Positions 1 to 7,736 of a stretch of DNA of 42,203 nucleotides are shown here, piece by piece (positions within the stretch are counted from its first letter, which is position 1; every line of letters starts with the position of its first letter). This stretch comes from a virus (taxonomy: Duplodnaviria; Caudoviricetes): positions 1 to 42,203 of the IMG/VR virus record IMGVR_UViG_3300020045_006235, one strand, 5' to 3'. A program made the translations under genes and the position numbers. The notes beneath the pieces were generated by a model. That model was given only the letters and a program-made list of their open reading frames with translations, was not told the origin of the DNA and searched no databases.

Positions 1-1090
1 ACATTAAGTGTGCCCAGCTCATTTTCAACTCTTCATAATCATATTGAGATTCCAACCAATCTGTCAACATTTGAGCCTTGGGGGCTTCACAATACTCAAT
101 CAAACGAGCCATTGATTTTTCTTGATTCTCATAAGTAGAACCTCTTAAATTAGCTTCTAAAATATCACGAGGAATATTAAACATTGTGCCAAACATAAAG
201 TAATCGTTATAGAAGCTTTCATCAATCTTTAGTTTTCCAATATCTTCTACAAATCTATTGATATTTATCTTTGTTTTTACAGCGTGGACTTTTTTATTTG
301 AACGTACCTTTTCCTCAATGCTTAATTTTTCAGCTTCACCCATCGGTAATTGAGTAACGTTTTCTGGGTCTACCTGACCATCTACCATAAATTTCTGTGC
401 AAATTCAAGGTTAATAGATTTAGCATCCAAAGCCAATTCACTATTTTTAATAACCTTGTATAAAGCATCTATACGACTAATCCCTTTCAACGGATTATCC
501 TGTCCTGCATTTGTAAGGTCGTAAAAGAATGCTAGCTCACTTAATTTAATTACCTTACTTTGACCATTGTCAAATCTGTAGGTAATCGTGTTTTTCATTA
601 AGTCATTGAACGTGGCGTTTGAAAATATAAAAGCTTTTAGTTTTTGTATTAATGTAGAATCATACTCAATATTACAAGGATTAAGCCACTGTATTGGCGT
701 GTTGTCAAGTACGTGGCTATTGTTTGGATTATACAAAACAGCCGTTCCGTAAATGTTAAGCCAAAATTTATAATCCCAATTGAATTGTGTCCAAGACTGT
801 CTTAAATTTGGTTTCTTCTTAATTGAATATAAAAAGTCAGCTTCTTTTAATTTTTCATCTTGATACTGATTTATTTTACCCAAAGAAAATATATCACAAT
901 CTAATGCAATCACTTTTAATAAAGCGGGGTTCTGAGAAACGATTCTCAATTTATCTGCATCAGGTATAACCTTACCAAGCGCAGTACTCGAACTGAACAT
1001 AGTATAAAATACATTACCCGCTACGTCTTGTTCGATATTTAAAGGCTCTCTTTGATTGCCTCCAAAACCCATATTAAAAAAGAATCCCAT
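1..1090 (-). CDS. Portal protein, copy A (3' end runs off the window)
   Basis: Hand-translated from ATG at 1090 (MGFFFNMGFGG...), open to base 1. Aligns by eye with the 37675-38946 portal (SRIDAL, KFMVxGQxDPxNVxQLPMxEAEKL, TYENQEK). Downstream of TerL. Confidence 0.85.
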   Translation of the reverse strand, partial: MGFFFNMGFGGNQREPLNIEQDVAGNVFYTMFSSSTALGKVIPDADKLRIVSQNPALLKVIALDCDIFSLGKINQYQDEKLKEADFLYSIKKKPNLRQSWTQFNWDYKFWLNIYGTAVLYNPNNSHVLDNTPIQWLNPCNIEYDSTLIQKLKAFIFSNATFNDLMKNTITYRFDNGQSKVIKLSELAFFYDLTNAGQDNPLKGISRIDALYKVIKNSELALDAKSINLEFAQKFMVDGQVDPENVTQLPMGEAEKLSIEEKVRSNKKVHAVKTKININRFVEDIGKLKIDESFYNDYFMFGTMFNIPRDILEANLRGSTYENQEKSMARLIEYCEAPKAQMLTDWLESQYDYEELKMSWAHLM

Positions 1091-1110
1091 TAATAATGAT
1101 TTATTTTAAA

Positions 1111-1137
1111 CAAAACTATGAAAAATAATTATATTTG
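1111..1137. promoter_or_regulatory. Divergent Bacteroidota-type -7 promoter boxes (portal A / 146-aa gene)
   Basis: TAGTTTTG on minus (1111-1118) and TATATTTG on plus (1130-1137) match TAnnTTTG. Confidence 0.55.
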
Positions 1138-1169
1138 TATCTATTAATCTTAATTAAAAACAAAAAACA

Positions 1170-1610
1170 ATGAAAAAAATCTTTTTACTGTTGCTTTTAA
1201 TGGCAACCATCGGAATTACGGCACAAGTTACGGGGCCAAAAATCACTTATTCTGCTGTTGGCAATCTGTTGTCATCAACAACGCACGCAGCAACTGATAC
1301 AATTACTAATACTACGCCAAAGTATCAGTATGCAATTGTTAATGGTTCGAATGTTCATTTTACAATCCAATCTACTTTGGATAAAATTTCTGGAGTTGTT
1401 GCTGGAACAGTTAAGCCACAGGGATCTGTTGATGGTATTTTGTACACTGATATTGTTGGACAAACCGCATTTACTTTAACAGACGTAGCTCAACAAACGT
1501 GTACATTCGTTATTTCTCCGTCTGGCTATCAATTTTACAGAATTGCAGTAACGCCATCAGGAACGCAAAGCACTAAGATTGCAAGTAAGGGACTGGTTAG
1601 GAGGTATTGA
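1170..1610 (+). CDS. Secreted beta-rich hypothetical protein (moron-like)
   Basis: 146 aa with Sec-type signal MKKIFLLLLLMATIGITA|Q; opposite strand to neighbours; own promoter and terminator. Confidence 0.8.
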   Translation: MKKIFLLLLLMATIGITAQVTGPKITYSAVGNLLSSTTHAATDTITNTTPKYQYAIVNGSNVHFTIQSTLDKISGVVAGTVKPQGSVDGILYTDIVGQTAFTLTDVAQQTCTFVISPSGYQFYRIAVTPSGTQSTKIASKGLVRRY

Positions 1611-1612
1611 TT

Positions 1613-1647
1613 AAAAAAACAACCCGTCTATATGGCGGGTTTTTTTA
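1613..1647. terminator. Bidirectional intrinsic terminator
   Basis: AACCCGTC-TATAT-GGCGGGTT hairpin with A-run and T-run between convergent genes. Confidence 0.75.
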
Positions 1648-1651
1648 TGCT

Positions 1652-3025
1652 TTATACTTTTTTGATTATTCCTAATTTCTCTAACCAAAGAACTACATAG
1701 CGTGTGGGGTCCATCAGGTGATTATCGCAATCTTCCGGTTCATCCTGAACAACTCCAAATTTATCTACTTCCCTTGAATAGTTCTCTTGCTCATATTCTA
1801 AATTTTCTGAACAGTCTGTATAAAACACCTCTAAATTATCTAACAAATCAATTCCATCAAGTATAGAGCCTGGAGGCTTTAATGCTGCAACCGCTAATTC
1901 CCAGCCTGCATTCCTCAACGCTTTTATTTTTAATGGTCGGTTAGTGTCGCAAAATATATGGTCATTTTGAGAAATCCCTAATTTATTAAATAACCAAGTT
2001 ACAAATCCCTCGTCATTCCCTTTTATGTTTTGGCGTTCTAAAGGGGTTAATTTATTCTCCCATTTGTTTTCAGAATCATAATTTAGTTCGTGAAGATATA
2101 ATTTACCATCGTAATATTTAGCTTCGACAATGCCAAAAGCGTCCACTTTTCCCCAATCTACACCGATATAGGTTTTTAGGTTTAGTTTTCGATATTCTGC
2201 AAGTGGTATAGGTTCCCATTTAAAAATCCTGTTTGGTTTTTCGGCTTTTATTCCACGTCCGTAAATATCCCACTTAGTAATATTTGCGCTTCTTTGACTT
2301 TCATTCAGCAAGCATCGATATAATTCTTTTAACACTAATGGTTCAAAATCCAGCGGGTTTGAATCAAAATCGTAATCAACCACCAAATGTTCTTGAATTA
2401 GTTTTTCCTCAACTGCATAACTTCTTTTTATCGGTTGGTATGATAAAATTTTTATACGTTGTTCTTCAGGGCAAAATGGGTTATCTTGAAAAGTAGAATG
2501 AATTACGATTGCGTTTGACTGTTTAGCAATATCATCAATCCAATGTGATTTTTTAGGATTCCAATCTATAAAAATAAGATCGCTTCTTTGGTCGATTTGG
2601 TCAAATGTATCTTTAGATATTTTATAAGGCTCGTTTAGCCACGAAACATTTTGAGTGAGTCCGTGTACCTTTTCTTCATCGTCTGCACCGTGAATTTCAA
2701 ATGTAGTATTATTATCAGGATATGCGTAAAATGCCTCTGTTTTATTACGGTTCTTAAAAATCATTCTGCCAGAGATAGAAAGTACTTTTTGAAAGTCTTT
2801 CCAAATTGTATCCCTTGCGTCTTTTTTGGTATCACGCCACGCAGTAACACGAAAATCTTTATTGCCCTCACAAATACGGTGCAGTAATTCTATAAGGCTA
2901 TAAGTCTTGGAACTACGGGAACTCCCTGTATTAATTATGTATTTGTATTTTCTTTTACCATTTTCGTCTTTTGCTTTTAACGCTTGGTAATTTTTGTAGA
3001 ATACCGGTGTAATGCCATAATTCAT
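1652..3025 (-). CDS. terL: Terminase large subunit, copy A (PBSX-like)
   Basis: 457 aa. Walker A variant TGSSRSSKT, Walker B WLNE, DWNP, HSTFQDNPF; nuclease motifs GVDWG and DNHLMDPTRY. Confidence 0.9.
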   Translation of the reverse strand: MNYGITPVFYKNYQALKAKDENGKRKYKYIINTGSSRSSKTYSLIELLHRICEGNKDFRVTAWRDTKKDARDTIWKDFQKVLSISGRMIFKNRNKTEAFYAYPDNNTTFEIHGADDEEKVHGLTQNVSWLNEPYKISKDTFDQIDQRSDLIFIDWNPKKSHWIDDIAKQSNAIVIHSTFQDNPFCPEEQRIKILSYQPIKRSYAVEEKLIQEHLVVDYDFDSNPLDFEPLVLKELYRCLLNESQRSANITKWDIYGRGIKAEKPNRIFKWEPIPLAEYRKLNLKTYIGVDWGKVDAFGIVEAKYYDGKLYLHELNYDSENKWENKLTPLERQNIKGNDEGFVTWLFNKLGISQNDHIFCDTNRPLKIKALRNAGWELAVAALKPPGSILDGIDLLDNLEVFYTDCSENLEYEQENYSREVDKFGVVQDEPEDCDNHLMDPTRYVVLWLEKLGIIKKV

Positions 3026-3489
3026 TAGTCAATTGAATAATCGTCAATAACTTTACCTTCTGGAGTAGTGATAACTAAATTGGTAGTATTTTGTAGTTTA
3101 TCGCCGCCCGTAGTGATATCTTTTAAATCTGTAAGGTTGTTTAAACGCTGTGTTATGCTTGGATTAAACACGCCCAACATACCGCCTAAAACCTGATTTT
3201 CACGAATTGAGTTTTTTACCCGCGAACAGATAGGAATATATTCTTTGTATAAATCATCTTGATTTTTAAAGTATTGTTCGATACAACCTACTTCAACATC
3301 CCAACAGTAACGCTTAAATCCCTCAATTGTTAAAGGTAATTTCAATTGATCCTCAACTCTTTCTGCAAACTTACCTACATATTGAAACTTTATCCATTCA
3401 GATTCTTTTGATTTTAAATCAATAACGTATTCTTGGAAAAGTTTCCATAATTCTTCAGGGCTTTCTATATTTCTTGGTCTGCCTGCCAT
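3025..3489 (-). CDS. terS: Terminase small subunit, copy A (P22 gp3-like packaging protein)
   Basis: MAGRPRNIESPEELW...PLTIEGF...GVFNPSITQRLN; coupled to TerL. Confidence 0.8.
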   Translation of the reverse strand: MAGRPRNIESPEELWKLFQEYVIDLKSKESEWIKFQYVGKFAERVEDQLKLPLTIEGFKRYCWDVEVGCIEQYFKNQDDLYKEYIPICSRVKNSIRENQVLGGMLGVFNPSITQRLNNLTDLKDITTGGDKLQNTTNLVITTPEGKVIDDYSID

Positions 3490-3495
3490 ATCTTT

Positions 3496-3554
3496 AAAAA
3501 AACCGCTTCAACCCTAACACCGAAATCGAAGCGGTAAAAATTTGTTAATTATGA
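3496..3554 (-). terminator. 59-bp leader/attenuator upstream of TerS A, identical to 40604-40662
   Basis: Minus strand ACCGCTTCGA-loop-TTGAAGCGGT followed by a T-run, just before the ATG. Confidence 0.75.
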
Positions 3555-3583
3555 TTTAGCGAAGATAGCAAGAAATAATGAAA

Positions 3584-3763
3584 TTACAAACCTTTTTCTA
3601 AAATATCAGCGGTTGTATATTCAATCTCATTATCTTTATGAATTTCTACAAATCCATATTTGCGTTCAAGTTGTAGAATTGTCTTTGATTCCGGTAGCTT
3701 TTTCAACAAATCAATTGAAATATTACCACTTAAAGTTCCTTCGAATGTGTAGGTTGCTTTCAT
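3584..3763 (-). CDS. Hypothetical protein (59 aa)
   Basis: Hand-translated MKATYTFEG...ILEKGL; ATGA overlap with upstream gene; same slot as 40672-41016. Confidence 0.6.
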   Translation of the reverse strand: MKATYTFEGTLSGNISIDLLKKLPESKTILQLERKYGFVEIHKDNEIEYTTADILEKGL

Positions 3764-4095
3764 AACTCATTAAATATTTGGTTTGCTTTAATAATTGCTT
3801 CGTTGGTTGCTTCGGTTCTTGTTTTAAATATTTCTTCACTTACTTCGTATTTCTCTTTGTCGTACTTTATATCAGAATCAAAATTACCATTATAATCATA
3901 TGACCATATTTGAATATAAATACCAACCGAATCAAAAAACTCAATAATCAAAGAATCAATCAATGAATCAGGAAGCATATATTTTGTCATATAATACAAA
4001 TCATAGACAATATCACCATCTGCAATTTCCTTATTTCTTTCGTTTTGAAGCTACTCAAAAAATGCAAGCAAACATTTACCATTTAGTTTTTTCAT
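3760..4095 (-). pseudogene. Homolog of 41013-41324 with an in-frame TAG at 4051-4053
   Basis: Reads MKKLNGKCLLAFFE*LQNE...LIIEFFDSVGIYI...RTEATNEAIIKANQIFNEL; shares termini with the right-end copy. Confidence 0.7.
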
Positions 4096-4107
4096 AGTTT
4101 TTCGATT

Positions 4108-4281
4108 TTATCCTACAATCATTTTAAAATGTTCACGACAAACATAAGCTGTCAAATTATGCCTGTTTTTATCAGGGTCATCCCAAGGTATTTCTTCTCC
4201 TAATTTGTTCGTTGCAGGTTTTCCACAAACTGAACAGATTTCGCCTTTACAGCTTCTTGAAATAAAATATTCTTTTTCCAT
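4108..4281 (-). CDS. Small zinc-finger-like protein
   Basis: CSVC...CREH; ATG 4281 lies at the edge of the shared linker. Confidence 0.6.
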   Translation of the reverse strand: MEKEYFISRSCKGEICSVCGKPATNKLGEEIPWDDPDKNRHNLTAYVCREHFKMIVG

Positions 4282-4348
4282 AATAATCAATTTTAAGCCA
4301 CTATTTTATATCAAGTGGTAGTTTGGTATTGGTTTTGGGTTATTGTTG
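4279..4348. repeat. 70-bp linker repeated at 41552-41621 (1 mismatch)
   Basis: Direct comparison; C4312 vs A41585. Confidence 0.9.
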
Positions 4349-4368
4349 GTGTAATAGCTTTAAATGTT

Positions 4369-4521
4369 CTATAATTGCTTTATATGCGCTGGTTTTTCAA
4401 ATCGCTTCAACTCATTCAAATGCTCATCCATCAACTTAACAAACTCCGGCGGTATATTTCGCTTATACTGAACATTGCCTTTAGCAGGTCTGCCTACTGG
4501 GTTTTTTGGTTTATCTTTCAT
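4369..4521 (-). CDS. Small putative DNA-binding protein (GRP motif, RHH-like), 50 aa
   Basis: Hand-translated MKDKPKNPVGRPAKGNVQYKRNIPPEFVKLMDEHLNELKR...; ATGA-coupled to the 432-aa gene. Confidence 0.6.
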   Translation of the reverse strand: MKDKPKNPVGRPAKGNVQYKRNIPPEFVKLMDEHLNELKRFEKPAHIKQL

Positions 4522-5816
4522 TTTGTAGATATTAGTTGGTCATAGTATAAATCAAACAAATGATTTTGAAAAGCTCTCGTTTCATCATCGAACCCTGATT
4601 TATTGTGTTCGTTTTCTTCAATGATTATTTTAGAAATAGCGTGAATGTCGTAGCTTTCTAATTTAACGGATAAAATTATTTTTCCATTGTCAGCCATCCC
4701 AAGTGTATGTTTATCGCAAAAATTAGCATAAACAATAACAGGATTTACAAGCCTGTGCGTGTATCTTGTTTCGTTTAGGATTGCAAGACTATCAATTACT
4801 TTATCCGTTAGTATTGTCGATGGTGTAGTATCTTCAATATAACTTGATTCTTCATTCTTTTCAGATAGTCCTAAAATATCTAAATCATTGAATTGTCTAA
4901 ATAATTGAATTAATAAGTTTTTAGGCAAAATAACTCTACCCTCTAATTGGCTCGGTTTTGCAAACATTACCATTTCAGCAGGAATGAATTTATAGTTTTT
5001 ACAAACGTTAAACCAATTGTCAGAGAATTTTTGCCACCAAGACCAATCCAATTTATGTTCCATTAAACCAGAATTACCGCCTTGCAACGATGTTATTAAT
5101 GTTTTAATAACTGATTCATTAGTGCATATTTTTAAACCTCTTGCGATAATAGCTCTTGCGTGGTAATGATTATTCAATACACGACTTTCGTTTATTTCAA
5201 AATGTGTAGAATTATAATTAAAAACAGATTTCTCTTTTTCATCGTGGTGACACAAAATACCTTTTCTAAAATAACGAACCCCATCGTTTTCTATTGCAGG
5301 GTAAATCGATGCTTGGTCATTTGAATGAATTACGTTTGGATTTTTATTACAGAAATACAAATCAAAGTTTTCATAAAAATGGTTTACATTCTCATTCATT
5401 TCAATAAAAATAGTCGTAGTTCCTGATTCTCCAATTAAATTAGATACTCTTTTCAATCCTGCATCTTCATCTTCATCAAGTGCGTTTGAATATATTTCAC
5501 GGATAGGGGCAAATGGTAAATCCCAATCAGCACCGCCCATTGTAGTAGTCATTGAAGTTTCTTGTCCGTTTACCGAAATAGCTTTATAAATTTCGTTTCT
5601 AAAATTCTTGTCAACTACATCAAACTTTATTTCAGTTTCTCCTTGAAATACTTTAAAGTCGATTTTGTTTCTCAATAATGCGGAAATAGAATATTTCAAT
5701 CCTGATCCAAAATAACCAATCTTTGAAGCATCTTCTCTTTTAGAACTTGCTCCGATTAAAGTGAACGCTTCTGTTTCAATTTCTCCCATACTTTGGATTT
5801 TCAAATAATTTTTCAT
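4518..5816 (-). CDS. GHKL (HATPase_c/MORC-like) ATPase-domain protein with zincin-like C-terminus
   Basis: IGYFGSGLK, REIYSNALD and GTTTIFI motifs; C-terminal IIEENEHNKSGFDD. Confidence 0.6.
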   Translation of the reverse strand: MKNYLKIQSMGEIETEAFTLIGASSKREDASKIGYFGSGLKYSISALLRNKIDFKVFQGETEIKFDVVDKNFRNEIYKAISVNGQETSMTTTMGGADWDLPFAPIREIYSNALDEDEDAGLKRVSNLIGESGTTTIFIEMNENVNHFYENFDLYFCNKNPNVIHSNDQASIYPAIENDGVRYFRKGILCHHDEKEKSVFNYNSTHFEINESRVLNNHYHARAIIARGLKICTNESVIKTLITSLQGGNSGLMEHKLDWSWWQKFSDNWFNVCKNYKFIPAEMVMFAKPSQLEGRVILPKNLLIQLFRQFNDLDILGLSEKNEESSYIEDTTPSTILTDKVIDSLAILNETRYTHRLVNPVIVYANFCDKHTLGMADNGKIILSVKLESYDIHAISKIIIEENEHNKSGFDDETRAFQNHLFDLYYDQLISTK

Positions 5817-5888
5817 AATTAAAATTTTTAGTGTTATTAACTGACAGCGAATACAGTACTAAATATCCATAGTACCAAATATTAAACG

Positions 5889-6092
5889 TTATTTAGAATG
5901 ATTTTTGATAGTGGGGGTTGTTAGATCGGATAGCGTGCCTGTTTCTACTAATTTACAGATAGCACATTTAAAATGTTGGAAACATTCGCATTCTTCTTCA
6001 ATGTCTACAATAATCGAATAACTACTTTCTTTGTCTTTGTAGTCTGTAAACACGTCGTTAAATATTCCTTTGATTGTTAGTAGCTGTTTCAT
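5889..6092 (-). CDS. Hypothetical protein (Cys-rich)
   Basis: 67-aa ORF in operon order. Confidence 0.5.
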   Translation of the reverse strand: MKQLLTIKGIFNDVFTDYKDKESSYSIIVDIEEECECFQHFKCAICKLVETGTLSDLTTPTIKNHSK

Positions 6093-6108
6093 ATCATTTC
6101 TAAATAAA

Positions 6109-6384
6109 TTAATTGTTGGAATTGGGGGAGGGGTAAATCACTCCTTTTGTATCGTGAAGGCAATAGGCATTTTTTCCTATTCTATTTAGTTCGTCTATTC
6201 TATATTTCTGTAACTCTTTCAAAGTGTCTTTACCTTCTTTGCATTCAATCCATTTATCTTTTTCGTTTTCCTTCATACATAAAATATCAGGATAGCCACT
6301 ATCTGACAAACGAATAATATTAATAACTATCCATCCCTTCGCTTCGTGTTCTTTGATTACTTTAGTTTGAAAACTTGACGGCAT
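6109..6384 (-). CDS. VRR-NUC-like PD-(D/E)xK nuclease
   Basis: GYPDI...WIECK...LQKYRIDEL; follows the helicase. Confidence 0.8.
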   Translation of the reverse strand: MPSSFQTKVIKEHEAKGWIVINIIRLSDSGYPDILCMKENEKDKWIECKEGKDTLKELQKYRIDELNRIGKNAYCLHDTKGVIYPSPNSNN

Positions 6385-7594
6385 AATCTTTTTTGAATTG
6401 TGATAATGTATAATTTTTTTTATTCATTATCGATTTATAAATATAAGTTTCAATACCTCCCTTTGCGAATATCCAGAAAACATTATTTTCTTTTCTGTCC
6501 ATTGTTGTTAACCTATCCCGGCTTTGCCAATAAGAAGTTGCTGAAAAATCGGGGGTTAAATAAATTAGATAATCGGCATTTTTAAGACTAATTCCTTCCC
6601 GTCCTGATATTATTTGTAAAGCTATGTTTTTGTCTGTTGTGTTGAATGTTTCAAGATCAAAACAAATATTATCCTTATAGAACTCCTTAATCATCTCTAA
6701 CTCCATCTGGAATTTATAAAAGATAGCAATTTTGTTATCCTTGAATTTTTCGTTAATGAATATTAATTTTGAATTATCTAAAACAATACCGTTACCACTT
6801 TCTAAAATACAAGTGCCAGAATATAACTGATGCAATTTACTCATTAATTTTACTGCCGTATCCCCTAAAATTATATCTTTTGAACCTCTGAATAATTTAT
6901 CTTTTTTAAGTGATTTAGTAATTGAATAAATTAACGGTTTCATTTCTACCTCTAAAATAGTTTCCTTTACTTCAGTTTTAAACCCAGCTTGTTCTTGGGT
7001 AAAAGTAATCATATACTTTTGAGTTAATTTTTTAATCCTGTCTTGATAGGCTTGTGAGTAATCGTTTACCTCGGCATAGCCTAAATATTTCTTTGTTACA
7101 TTAACATAGTCTTTTGCCCATTTATAAAAATTAACATAATCTTTGAATGGTGTGTAATTCGACAACCAAAACTGATGGTAAATTTGAGAGTAACTTTCTG
7201 GCGTTGGTGTTCCACTTAAAAAAATCATTGGCAAGTGTGCGAACTTATCTTTTATAATTTTAGTAGCGTTATTGGGTTTTGGAAAAGCTCCGTTTCTGTG
7301 GTGCTCATCACTTATAATTAAATCAAACTTTTCTTTTATCAGGTGTACACTTTCATTATTTATAACAGTTAGTTCGTAATGATAATTCAAAGCCTTGTAA
7401 TCGCTTAAAATAGAGTCAATCGCCTTTTTCTTTGTCAGGAATAAAACCCTTTTTGCTCCAAATAGTTTTGCGGTTTCCAAAGACATTAATGTTTTACCTG
7501 TTCTAACCTCACAACAAAAGTAAACTATCTTTAATTTTTTTAGAACCTCGTTGGCTTCTATTGCTTTTTCAATTTGATATTGTCGTAATTCCAT
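6362..7594 (-). CDS. SF2 (SNF2-like) DNA helicase
   Basis: LRQYQ Q-motif, RTGKT, DEHH, LSGTP, SGREGISL, QSRDR. Confidence 0.88.
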   Translation of the reverse strand: MELRQYQIEKAIEANEVLKKLKIVYFCCEVRTGKTLMSLETAKLFGAKRVLFLTKKKAIDSILSDYKALNYHYELTVINNESVHLIKEKFDLIISDEHHRNGAFPKPNNATKIIKDKFAHLPMIFLSGTPTPESYSQIYHQFWLSNYTPFKDYVNFYKWAKDYVNVTKKYLGYAEVNDYSQAYQDRIKKLTQKYMITFTQEQAGFKTEVKETILEVEMKPLIYSITKSLKKDKLFRGSKDIILGDTAVKLMSKLHQLYSGTCILESGNGIVLDNSKLIFINEKFKDNKIAIFYKFQMELEMIKEFYKDNICFDLETFNTTDKNIALQIISGREGISLKNADYLIYLTPDFSATSYWQSRDRLTTMDRKENNVFWIFAKGGIETYIYKSIMNKKNYTLSQFKKDYAVKFSN

Positions 7595-7735
7595 TTAGTT
7601 TAAATTAATGATGAATAATTTGTATCTTAAATTGTAAAGATTCTCTAAATACATAAACGTTTCTAAATTTATGTGACCATTTAAAAACATATCACATTGT
7701 TTGTCGTACAGTTTTTGAAGTAGATTATATTGCAT
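7595..7735 (-). CDS. Hypothetical protein (46 aa)
   Basis: Hand-translated MQYNLLQKLY...; exactly fills the gap between primase and helicase. Confidence 0.5.
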   Translation of the reverse strand: MQYNLLQKLYDKQCDMFLNGHINLETFMYLENLYNLRYKLFIINLN

Positions 7736-7736
7736 T

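Noticed and set aside
1-4521. Ends as direct terminal repeats or circular overlap
   Set aside because: Only short linkers match; the coding sequences differ substantially.
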